This document shows positions 13,101 to 26,400 of a DNA stretch of 64,000 nucleotides, one piece after another (within the stretch, counting starts at the first letter, position 1; each line of letters starts with the position of its first letter). The notes beneath the pieces are model-generated. The model had not been told where the DNA came from. It was given only the letters and a program-made list of their open reading frames with translations, and did not search any database. Made by a program: the position numbers and the translations under genes. Source of the stretch: Eledone cirrhosa (Eukaryota); the NCBI GenBank assembly GCA_964016885.1, contig OZ024741.1, forward strand, positions 355,260,001 through 355,324,000, given 5' to 3'.

Positions 13101-16100
13101 GCTGCAACACTTATTTCACCTGTGCTTCATGTGTGGTATATTTCAAACTAGTGGAACATCACCTATGTGATTATTCTGCTTAAGGAGCAGTCTAATGTTG
13201 ATCCATCAGAACTCTAACCTATTTCATTACTCACCATCATCAGTAATGAAATCTGTGGTCTACAAACAACAGAAAAGTATGTCATAAATAATCACTCATC
13301 TCTAAAAAGCAATTCAGCTTCTAACCAGGCATAGCATAGGCATGGATAAACTACCTTAATAAAGGTCTGGAGGTAGGCATCATTGCCCTGTACATCAAAG
13401 GCATATTTGACAGAGTTTGGTGGTACAAAGGACTCTGCACCAAGTTTCAAATCCAATGAAATCTGGAGAAATTGCTATGGTGGTTTCAAAGTTATCATAA
13501 TGGGAGATCTATTAAGATCACCTTTTCAAGCCAGTACTCTGACCTAATACCAATGTATCAGTCCTATAAGTGCTTTTGTCACTTTAGTTCTCAGTTCTCT
13601 GTTCCATATACACTGACAATTCTTTGGATCTGGTCAGGATGCAATTGATGATTAAAAAATAAAACGTGTTCCATCAAAGTGTAAAACACTGATTCTAGCA
13701 AGGAAAGAAACTCCTTCAGCCTTGTATTATTACACTTTGGGAGTTGCAGGTTGACTATGAAAATTAAAAAGAGTTTGATTTTTTATGCACAAATTCATTG
13801 AGTCTTGCATTGCTCTTTGGGAGTTGCAGGCTAAGAAAAAACAAAACAAAAACAGCTTGGTTTTTTTCTGCACAACCATAAACAGCAGGCTAGTGTAGAA
13901 AACACATATCTTCATATAAACAATAAATCTGCACAGAAGCTTAGAGTGCTCTGAAGAATTTCAGATAAGCCACCACAGTAGTTATCAGTAAGAGTACACA
14001 GAAGACAAATTCCCTTAAAAGTTCAAGATCCTCCCAAGAATAAGTAGGTGAAGAAGAAGCACTTGATAGTTTTTGTAAGGTTGGCCCATGGTAGCTCGAG
14101 ACAGAGCACTATGCTAGAGAAGACCTGCTCAATCCATGCTAGCATGGAAAAACATGTAAAAGTTGATGATGGTATAGGAATTTAGATGTATAATGTCTAC
14201 ATTTGGGTCTTTCCTGACTATATGCTCATATTAAGTCTTCATAGGCCATTCCCTCTCTCATAATTCCTTCCTCTATCACTTGCCCCCTCTCCTATCATTG
14301 TGCCTTCCATTATCACTTTCCCCCTCTCCAATTAATGTGCCTTCCATTATCACTTTCCCCCTCTCCAATCAATGTGCCTTCCATTATCACTTTCCCACTC
14401 TCCAATCAATGTGCCTTCCTCTGTCACTTGCTGCCTCTCCTATCAATGTGCCTTCCTCTATCACTTTCCCCCTCTTCTATCCATGTGCCTTCCTCTATCA
14501 CTTGCCCCCTCTCCTATCAATGTGCCTTCCTCTATCACTTTCCCCCTCTTCTATCCATGTGCCTTCCTCTATCACTTGCCCCTCTCCTATCAATGTGCCT
14601 TCCTCTATCACTTTCCCCCCTCTTCTATCCATGTGCCTTCCTACTAATTCTATCTCTCTCCCACCACAGCACTGTGTTTTGAAGGACAACATTGCATTGG
14701 ATCTGTATTTAATTCCATTTGTTATTAACAGTCATTTCTTTTCTATCTCACATTACTGTCTTTTTTATCACTCATTGTTGACATCAATTTCCTTCTCTCT
14801 TTCTTTATCTATCTCTCACTCTCTATCTTCCATTTCTCTCTTCCATCTCTCTCTCTCTCTCTCCATCCCTCTTCATTCTCTCACTTCCAGTTCTCTGTCT
14901 GTTGCCAATGCTGTTCCTATATAATCTGACCAACAATTATGTAGATGTTTTATTCTCTTCTATTACTCTCTCCTGTATCACTCTATCATACATTTCACTC
15001 TGTCTCTCTTTTATTACTCTCTTCTCTTCTTTTGCCCTGGTTCACTTCCATTACTTTCTCTTTCACTCTCTCATGCCTCACTCCGGGTTTTCTTCCCTCT
15101 CACTCTCTCACATGTCATTCTAGTTCTCTTCTATTATTTTCTCTCACCTACCACTCTGGTTCTCTTCCATTACTCTCTCCCTTTTATCTGCCAGGGGTGT
15201 GACAACCCTCTGCTGCTTGTGAACAAATCATGAGCCTCTACTCTTGTCAGAATTAGACAACCTCTCCAGAACACTCTGTAAAGTAGTTGATGATAGGAAG
15301 AGCATCCAGCCCTTGAAAACATGCCACAAATTAAACCACAAATTAAACCATCTAGGACTGCAGTAACTCCAAATAGGAACTGACTTAGTCTGTGACAGCC
15401 TGTCCAACTTATGCTAATATGAAAAAAAATGGACATAAAAATGATATGTATATTATCATCATCGTTTTTACTTCGCCCTTTTCTTGCTGGAATAGGTTGG
15501 CTAGGGATTTTCGGGACAATGTTTTACAGCTGGGTGCCTTTCCTAACACCCACCCTTTTAATCGTTTCTTATGTGCACGCAGTGATAAAGTGTACTATTT
15601 GGATACACTGTCAATATATATATATATATATAGAGATTCAACCGGTATAGCAGTGAAACTTATGCTAGTCCCGTCAACTTATTATTATTATTATTACATG
15701 TGCCAAAAGTAGAAACAATTATTATTATTGGCAGTATCGGTAGAGGGTCGGACACCATGCTTTGACACATAGAGTTACGGCCCTTGCCATTCTGAGATCA
15801 AATCCCACCGAGGTTAACTTTGCCTTTCATCCTTACGGGGTCGATAAAATAAAGTACCAGTAATGCACTAGGTAATTGTTGGCCTTGTGCCAAAAGTAGA
15901 AACAATTATTATTATTATTAGTAGAATATATATAATATATAATTGTTTCTAATTTAGGCACAAGGCCAGCAATCAATCAGTACATTACTGGTACTTTATT
16001 TTATCGACCCCGTAAGGATGAAAGGCAAAGTTAACCTCGGCAAGATTTGAACCCAGATCATAAAGGGACGTAACTCTATGCTTCAAAGCATGGTGTCCGA

Positions 16101-16900
16101 CTCTCTACCAATACTGCCAATCCATGGCGACTAAAAGAGTTAGCGACAGGAAGGACATCTGGCCAGCAAGGAAAATAATGAATATGATTGTGTGTGTATA
16201 TATACAAATGTATATCAATGGATATCTCTATGTTACTGGTACTTTTGAGAAAGGGTGTCATATTATCTCTTTACTGTTACTCGTATAAACATTTACGGTA
16301 TTGCGCGCCTGTAACTCTGATATTGTTCACCGTCAGCAGCAGCGGCTGCATAACTACCCTGACTATGATTTGAAGGTAGATAACTTCTTTTAGACTGTTG
16401 CTTGGGATTAGTATTACCTCCCTTGGTTGATGCCAGGTACACAATCACGCAAGCACCGATATCTGAAACTTTGAAAGTTGCAATTTAGTTGAAAACTTAT
16501 TTTTGCTCTTTACATATATGTAGTATATTTTATATCATTTCTTTTTCTCTAATATACATATAATATATGTACATGGATAAAATAATTTGCATATTTCGAG
16601 AGAAAGAAGTTAATTGTTTATAAATATATTTGTAATTAGACTTTTTACATTTATTTATTAGCGTGTGCGCGTAAACAAGAATTCTACACTGCACAAATAT
16701 TTACAAAGTATGATTAAAAGTTGTATTATAGAAGCGGCAACAATTTCTTAATGTTTTGTTGTTCTTGCTGTTAATATTGTTGTTATTACATTTATTGCCG
16801 TTAACAAAAGACGAAAAAACAAAAACAAAAGTATAACTTGTATGCTACGAGGAATTTCGATCAAGAAAACAAACACAGTTTGTACCCACAACTGCGTGTT

Positions 16901-16967
<67 letters not shown>

Positions 16968-19900
16968 ACATGCTTGCTATTGTTGAAAGAACTAGTAACC
17001 ATAAAAGAAGGAATGAAATACGTTACTGTTATTAGGAATAATAATAATAGCTGTTATTATGACCACCGTTGTGGGTCATCATTATCACCTACAATAGCAT
17101 TAATAACAGTGGCATATAGATAAATAAAGGCAGGCAAGAAGAAGAAAGAAGATAAAACTTCTTAAACTTTATTTCAATGAAATGAATTATGAACATGATT
17201 ATTTCGAGGTAAGTGGTACCAGCAGTTAATCGACATCGAATATGTTTGTATATATATCATTATCATCATCATCATCACGTGTGCGTATGTGTATATATAT
17301 ATATTAACCATTGCCAACAGTTAAATGATGCTGATATCCAATGACAACATGGAAAGACGGATGTAATATCGATGATAATGATATATAACCTTGGTGCCAC
17401 GATAAAATGCTTCTAATACACTTAATAAATTGTTAGTATTTGTGTTACATTAAAGTTGTGATGAGGCCACAATAAAATGCGCCAGTTACACTCTGTAAAA
17501 TGGTTGTCAATAAGATAGGCATCCAGCCATAGAAATCATGTCAAAATGGAATGTAAGAGCATTGATTGAACCTAAAACCACGTGATCCTGAAGTGAACTT
17601 CTTAACCACATAGCCAGTATCAAATTTCAGAAGAGTAGACGCAGCATGGCTGTATGGATAAGGAGTTTGCTTTGCAATCATTAGGTCCCAGTTTCAATCC
17701 CACTGCAGGATACCCTGGGTAAGGGTCACTTACCATATCGGGTCAACCCATGTCTTGGGAGTGAAATTGGAAGCTTGTCAGATGGACTGTACTAGTAATT
17801 GAAAGAGCCAGCATTGTCACTCTTAATCTCTGAGAAACCTTTAGCATTTACATAACTCTATATAGCCTATTGTATTTTCACAGTAAAAGCTTTATCTCAC
17901 ATAATATCGAATCTATGAGATTTTGATATTATTTATTTTGAGAACAATACCTTAACATCAGTATGAGCAGCAGGTTACAACTGGTTTGATTAGAAAGAGG
18001 TGAGAGAAGTCTGGCCGGATGCAGCCAGTTTAAATGCCTAAGGATGTCTATGGAATGCTCGGCCACTAACATGTTCATTTCAACTGGTTTGATTAGAAAG
18101 AGGTGAGAGAAGTCTGGCCGGATGCAGCCAGTTTAAATGCCTAAGGATGTCTATGGAATGCTCAGCCACTAACATGTTCATTTCATGAGCAGGTTCCATT
18201 GATTGAATGACTGTATCACATACCATCAAATCTAATGGAGGTCGATTTTAATTTGGCAGTGATGTTGTGTAGTTGGCAACATAATCCTCTAGTAGTTAAT
18301 CAATATGTGGTTCAAATCTCAATAGGTCTGTTCAATTTTTTTTTTTTCTACTGTCTCAAATTGATACTTAAGTTTAATATCATAACAGTTGATTCATACT
18401 TCTTTTTCTATTTATTTCTAGGACTGGTCTTACTCGATGAGGAGGGAAATGCAGGTATTGTGTGTATATACGTATGTGCCTGTGTATACATATATATATC
18501 ATCATCATCATCATCGTTTAAACGTCCATCTTCCACGCTAGCATGGGTTTGACGGGAATTTTCCCACTTGAGGCAAGATAGGTTGTCCTGCTCGTATAGG
18601 ACTGTCTGGTGGGTTTTCTACGGCTGGATGCCCTTCCTAACACCAATCACGTTTACAGTGTGGACTGGGAGGTTTTTACCGCGTCACCTACACGGCCACA
18701 TTACAGCGTGGACTGTGTGTTTTTTTGTTGTGACACCTACACGCCTGGCGGGTTTTCTACGGCTGGGTGGACTGGGAGGTTTTTACTGTGTTACCTTCAC
18801 GGCCACATTACAGCATGGACTGTGTGTTTTTTTGTCGTGACACCTACACGACCTCATTTGTTTCAGACTGGATGTTGTGGTACCAACATAACTTCACATT
18901 AAAGGGGTGGGGGTAGTGGGACGGGGGTGTATTTTGTTAGAGGTGCCTATTGACTGTAGGTTTCGCTTTGTACTTAGGCAAGGCGGGTCTTCTGTATAAC
19001 TGTGTAGCGCCAAAGATCTCAGTCCAGTGACATTGTCTTGGAGAGGTGTAAGTGTGTGAAGTCGGAATTTATCAAGTCATCCCAGGTTTTTCTGGGTCTG
19101 CCTGCTCCGTGGTTACCGTCTATTTTTATCGCCCTGCACTTTTTTATACAGCTGTCATCTTTCATGCGCATCACGTGACCGTACTAACGTAGTCTTCTCT
19201 CGAGTAAACAACATCTGATCCCTCTTATTCCTAATTTCTCCCTTAGTTCGTTTATGCTTTGCCGTTCACGTATATTACTATTACACATCCAGCGGAACAT
19301 GCAAGCTTCGTTTCTCTCCAGTCTGCGTATTTCCTCTGCACACAATGCCCAGGTCTCACTGCCATGTAACATTGCTGTTCGTATGCAGGCATCATACAGC
19401 CTGCCTTTCATTTTTAGAGAGAACCCTTTAGCGGCCAATAGTGATATAAGCTCTCTGAACTTTTTCCATCCCGTTCTGACTCTAGCTACTGTACTTTGAG
19501 AGCACCCTCTCCCACTGCTGATTTTGTCACCCAGGTAACGGAAGGTGTCCACTATTTCTATAGAACCATCTGTGCAATGGAATGAGCTAGTATTCTGTGG
19601 GCACTTGCTGCTACTTATTGCACCAGAGCACCATCCACATATAAAATCTATATTCTTAGTTAGCTTACCTGTGATCCCACTACATCTTTTATGCGCCCAT
19701 ACTTTGCATTTGGGACATAAAATGGAGTTTCTGCCTACTCCTTTCCTACACACTGAGCATGGCCATTTCCCAGATGGGACCGGTGCCCTATTTTCCTTCC
19801 TACAAACTAGAACTTTAGTCTTAGACAAGTTAACTTTAAGGCCTTTTGATTCTAGGCCATGCTTCCATGTTTGGAATTTCTTCTCTAGTTCAGCCATTGA

Positions 19901-20383
19901 TTCAGCTATGAACGTTAGATCATCTGCATATAGGAGTTCCCATGGGCAGCCGGTCTTGAACTCCTCTGTTATAGCCTGAAGGGCAATCATAAATAGTAGG
20001 GGGCTAAGAACGGAGCCCTGATGAACACCAACTTTTACGCTAAACTCTTCACTATATTCGTTGTTAATTCTCACCTTGCTGACTGTTTCTTTATACATGG
20101 CTTGTATAGCTCTCACAAGCCATCAACACCTAGTTTTCTAAGAGCCCACCAGATAATGGAGCGGGGGACTCTGTCGAAGGCTTTTTCCAAGTCAACAAAA
20201 GCTAAGTATAGGGGTTTACTTTTAGCTAGGTACTTCTCCTGTAGTTGTCGTACAATGAAAAGAGCGTCTGTGGTACTTTTACTTGACACAAACCCGAACT
20301 GCATTTCATCTAGATCTATTCGTTCTCTGATTAGTTGCACTATTACTTTTTCTGTGACCTTCATGACCTGGTCGATATATATG

Positions 20384-20422
<39 letters not shown>

Positions 20423-23400
20423 ATGTAAATAAGACTGTTATTTAAACCTCAGCAAACACCCTAAACCTAACACCAACCTGTCTTGTAGGCTCCTGCCAAA
20501 CCAAACCATACTTACCCTCCAAATTCAGCAAATCAAACATGGATCACCCATCCTTTCAAACTTGCAAACTTGGCTTACGCAACCGGACAGATGTTATCAA
20601 GTTGCAGCTGTCATATTACGTAATTTCTATATAATAAAGCCAAAGCTACCATCTGCAGCGACTATGACTCCATTATGTAATAGGCCATGTGCCACCTCCT
20701 CCCTCTTTAAACCCTCATACTATTCACTTAGACTCAGAAAGTCTAGTTCCCACAACACAACTTAAATATATATTTCATCATCATTTAATGTTGTTTTCCC
20801 TGCTAGTATGGGTTGAATAGGTTGTCACCTTCCAAGTCAGTACTCAAACTGAGGCACAGTGTAGTATGTCATAGCACCAGTATTAACCCTTTCATAACCA
20901 TATTTCTAATGAAATACACTCTATTTCAATTAGTTAATGAAGAATTTTAAGGCATTTACTAAAATTATCAATTATTTCATTACTAAGAAAGTAACTTAAT
21001 GTAAGGTTCTTATATAAAGTTTTGTTTGAACATTTTAATTTAAATAGGAGCCCTTTAAAATGGGTGATTTTATTTGATAGAATCAGAGCCCGGTTGGTCA
21101 AGGAGTGTGTCATGTTTTTGGCACAACTGAAGTCCTTTCTACCTTTTGTTTGACAAGTTTTCTATGGCTGGATGCCATTCCTATCACCAACTGCTTTACA
21201 GAGTGAACTGGATGTGTTTTATCATGTCACCAACACTAAACAGGTTGCCATGTCCTTGATACAACTGAGGAATCCTTTCAACCCTTTTTCGGAGATGATT
21301 TCTACAGTTGGATGCCCTTCCTATCATCACCAATATGTAGCAAACTTGCATCTTATGCAGTTTGATTCATACACGGTTGAAAAATATTTTCAAAACTTTT
21401 AATATCCTGTTTGCTTGAAACTGCATCACATAATGTAAGAGAGAAAACTCTAGCCTCTTTTTCAGAGAACTTGATGCTATGCCTCCTCCAAAACATTGAT
21501 GTTTATAGGTATATAAAGGTCTTGAACATACTTGGTTTTTGTATAACAGAGGATGGCTGGGAAACCAATTGACAATGTTAGATGCAGGTCCACTACATAT
21601 TGTTATTATTATTATCAAATTAGGGCGGTGGTATGGCAGAATCGGTAGAGGGTCGGACGCCATGCTTTGTAGCATAGAGTTACAGCCCTTTATGATCTGA
21701 GTTCAAATCTCGCCGTGGTTAACTTTGCCTTTCATCCTTATGGGGTCAATAAAATAAAGTACCAGTAATACACTGGGTAATTGCTGGCCTTGTGCCAAAA
21801 GTAGAAACAATTATTATTATCAAATTAAGGGCAGTGAATTAGCAGAATTGGTAGAGCGTTGGAAAACATGCTTAGCAGCATACAGTTACGGCTCTTTACA
21901 TTCTGAGTTCAAATCCCGCTGGGGGTTAGCTTTACCTTTCATCCTTATGGGGTCGATAAAACAAAGTACAAGTAATGCACTGGGCTCGATTTAATCAACT
22001 TTCCCCTTCCCCAAAATTGTTGGCCTTGTGCCTAAATCAGAAACCATTATTATTATTACCAAATTAAAACAACACAACAAACTTGTTTTTTTATGCCATG
22101 GGATTGTCTAAAGTCATAACTAATCAAGTTGCTTTGTATGTAGGTCCACTGTTTGTATAAAGGTGCTAGTTTACATTCAAAATCAGCAGTATATATGTAT
22201 TCCTGAGAAGGCACTCTCAGTTGGACCATATAGGTAGCTGTATTTAGATGGTACTATAGTTGTTAGGGTGTTAGTCTCATGATTGTAAGCTTGTGGGTTT
22301 GATACTCAAATCAGGTGGTACATTGTATCCTTGGGAAAGGCATTTATTTTCAGGTTTCTCTCAGTTGAAAACGAGTACTAGGTCAAATTTGGGTGAACCA
22401 GTTTCTCAGGATGATCTCTAGTCTGATGACCCTCTAGAGTTGAAATAACCTTTAACCCTTTTGATACCAACCCAACTAAAACTACATCTTTTAAAATACT
22501 TAAATTTTAACAAAATCTGTCCATCTTAAATTTTATCTCAGAATATTTTGTTATGGTATGTTCCAAACACCAACTTACTAACATTTACTAAATCCTTCTA
22601 AATTATTTTTTTCAAAATTTATTTGAAAGTATAGGCAGTCCATCTCATAAGAAATATAGTAATGAACAGATTAAATGATTGTACAATTCATAGCTTTGGA
22701 CCATACAATACTTTCTCCTTCACGATTTGCTGTAAATATATACCATTACAAAGTACAATACCTGGCTGTAAGCACTGCTGCAATGGAAGACCAATTGACC
22801 TTCAATAGCACAGTTCAGCCATCTATAAATAAAGACTATAAAGATGTTCACTACTAATTAGTAACCCATAATTGATGAGTGTTTTCATAGCTTGCAATGT
22901 TGAGTTCAAATGAAATAATCTTTTCACCACCACCACCATCACCACCACTACCTCTACGAATACTACCATCGTCATAACCAATGTCACTAGTGATTCCTCC
23001 ACGCTAAATTTATTTCCTTTCTCATACAGGAGATTGTCCCTGGCCTGTTTCTTGGACCATATGCTGCTGCCATGAAGAACAAAGTAAGTACTCTATCTCA
23101 TCTTGTTCTTCCTAGCTTATTATTACATAGGGAAAGAATTCGGAGGTAGTGGGTACCATCATCATTATCATTGTTTTTACATTTGCTGACATGTATTAGA
23201 CAAGACATTTAACTCTTTTGATATCAAACTGCCCATTGTTGTATGATGCTAAACTTTATTTTAAAGTATTTATGTTTATCTAAAAACCTTCCATCATAAT
23301 TTTATGTTAGATCCTTTCTTAAGTTTACGTTCCAAACACCAGCTTGATAATGGGAAAGTTAGTAATATTACTAAATCTCTCCAAATTCTTCACTATTTTT

Positions 23401-26400
23401 ATACTTTCAAAATTATTTGAAAATCAAAGACTGATTTTCATTAGAAATATGAGGTGCAATCGAAAAGGATCCGACTTTATTTTTTCCACCAAAACTAATG
23501 CCGTGTGGGCAAAATCCTTTGGGTGGGAGATGATGCTACCCTTCCTGCAAATGCGTGAACATTTCTGTACTGGTAGGCTGCATCAATTCCTGGCTGTTAT
23601 GCCTAGAGTGTAGACGTGTGGTGCACATTTGTCGGATTTTCATTTTCACACAAAATGACTTAACGCATTAATCAGAGATAATGCATCAAATTTTGCCAAA
23701 AGTTTGGTGATACCCAAGCTCAAACCATCCAGAAGACTCAGCAGGCCTTTAGCTATAATGTCATGGGCAAAACTCAAACCAAGGAGTGGTACAACTGCTT
23801 CAAACATGGCTACACTTTAGTGGAGAGTAAGGTGTCGTACTCAGGTTGGCCATCCACAAGCTGAAACAAGGATCCGATTGAGAATGTTTGGTGAATAGTG
23901 ATGGAAGGCTGTTGTGAAACAATCCAGGAAATTGTTTACGAAAATTCACCCCCAAGGTGCTGGCGGAGCAGCAGAAGCAACTCCACATGGAAATCTTTCA
24001 GGACATGCTGGACTGTGCAAACCATGACCCAGACTTCATGAAGACCATCATCACTGGTGATGAGACATGGGTTCTAACAATAAACCCAGAAACCAAGTTC
24101 CAGTCCTCCCAATGGAAGCATCTGTCATTACCTTGGCCCAAAAAAGCATGACAGGTTGGCAGCAATGTGAAGGTTGTGTTGACCTGTTTCTTTGACTCTT
24201 GTGGTATTATGAATCATGAATATGTACCACAAGGCCAAACAATCAAAAAGGAATACTACCTGGAGGTTATACGTTGCCTTCATGATGCTGTGCATCAAAA
24301 GCGGCCAAACATATGGGCGGCGAAGAATTTGCAACAATGTGCCTGCTCATTCCATCCACATAATCAAAGTTTTCTTGGTCAAGAACAACACACCACTTCT
24401 TTGACAGGCTCTCTACTCTCTCAACTTAGCATTGTCTGAGTTTTGGCTGTTCCCCAATCTGAAAACCATGCTGAAAGGGAAGTGATTTGAATCGCAAGAA
24501 GGTTTTCCAGAGGTGTAACTAGCAGCGACAGAACTGCTGGGAGAAATATGTGAACTCTCAAGGATGATTGAAGGTGATTAAATAAAATTTGTGAAATGTA
24601 CAAAATTGTTTCTTCTATGCCCAAAGGTCGGATAATTTTTGAACGTACACCATACAGTAGCAAAAAGGTTAAGTATAGTGTATACTGTTGATCTCTGTTA
24701 AATTATTATGTTGTGGGACATAAACAAATATCACCATTTGTTTTATACTGTGCTGCACTGAGACAGGCACATACACACTTATTACATATATATGTTTCTT
24801 TATTAGCCACAGGGGGACAAATACAAAGGGGTAAGTTTACATACAATAAAAACGTGTAAAATACTATCACAAATGCAATTTAAAAATTAATCGATTGTCC
24901 CCAATAGTGGGAGACATTTCATATGGGTAACACATACCCCCGAAAAAATCTGCAACCCTCATCTCCAGGAGTACAAAGAGTTTGTACCCCTTTCCTCTCT
25001 TCCTCTTTTTCCTCAACCTACAGGCCGATATAGAGAGAAGGCCCATTCACTCTGGCCATTCTCGCCACTTTCACCCACCTTTCATAAAACTTGCTGGGGT
25101 ACAGCACCTCTCTCTCTCCATCCTGATTCTTCTTCCACATATATAGATACATAGTTATACATACACAATGGGCTTCCTCACAGATTCTGTTTACCAAATG
25201 TATTCACAAGATATTCAATGGCCCATGGCTGTAGTAGAGGATAATATTTCCTGTGCTGCTCTGTGAGAACAAATCTGAAACCATGAGGTTGCAAAAAGTT
25301 CACCTTATTTTTATTTTTAAAGTAAAGCAGTAGATTGATAACATGTTAGAAAGCAGACAAAATGTTATGTAGTGTATTTAGTGAGGTCACTTTATTTTTC
25401 GAGTCCAATGAGTTTACTCAATCAAAATTTGCTGTTCTTCATGTTAGAATAAATAAAATATCTACCAGTGATTTTTGTTTCTGTTCATGTCTTAGTTCTT
25501 TTCAGACAAATTTTACTAATCACAAGGTATTGGTCAGTCAAAGGCAATAGTAGATGTCACTTACTCAAGGTGCTATGTTATGGGATTAAACCTGAAACCA
25601 TGTGGTTACAAAGAAAAACTTAACTGCACAGCAATGACTGCTGTGTATGTGTAAATTTTAAAAACATTTTCATCTCTAAAGATTAGGTTAACTTCATGAT
25701 TATTATTTTACAGCTGCTTTCCATGTTAGCATGGGTTGGATGGGTTGTTACATTTTCGCCCTTTAGCATTTAAACCAACCGTAAACGTCCCCTTATACTG
25801 ATGTTAAGTTATTGTTCTCAAAATAAATAATATCAAAGTTTCATAGATCCAATATTATGTGAAGTAAAGCCTTTACTGCGAAAATACAACAGTAAATATA
25901 AAGTAATGTAAATACTAAAGGATTAAATCAGTTCTTATTCAAAGTTACTGTCTTCTTAGACGGGGCAGGGTAATACGTCACACTTGAATGTTCCTAACAC
26001 CAACTACTTTAAAAAATAATAATAATAATAATAATGAAAATATTGTGTACAGTACTCAGGTGCACTACAACTCATCAAAAGTGTATGTATAGTACATAGG
26101 GTAATGTACAAACGTCAGAAAAATGAACAGTGCATCATGATGATATACACGTGTGCATCTGTTTGGAAGGGAGACATCAGGTGTAGTTTTGGCGAATCTC
26201 AGGAAGCATGAGGGTTTTAAAGGATGCAGTGTCTCGGCAGCTAACAACTGACTCAGGCAGTTTGTTCCATGCTTCAGCAACTCTAAGCGTGAAAAAATTT
26301 CCAAAAGTCATGGGAGCTGTGCTGTTTCCTGACTTTGTAGGCATGTCCACGTGTGTTAGACACATGGAGATCAAAAAGGTGCTCAGGGTTGTTGTTGGCG

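Noticed and set aside
14280-14924. 214-aa ORF and overlapping ORFs
   Set aside because: Translation of the 37-nt minisatellite and CT-rich tract; no coding signature.
16838-17123. YI-repeat ORFs
   Set aside because: Translations of a (TA)n microsatellite.
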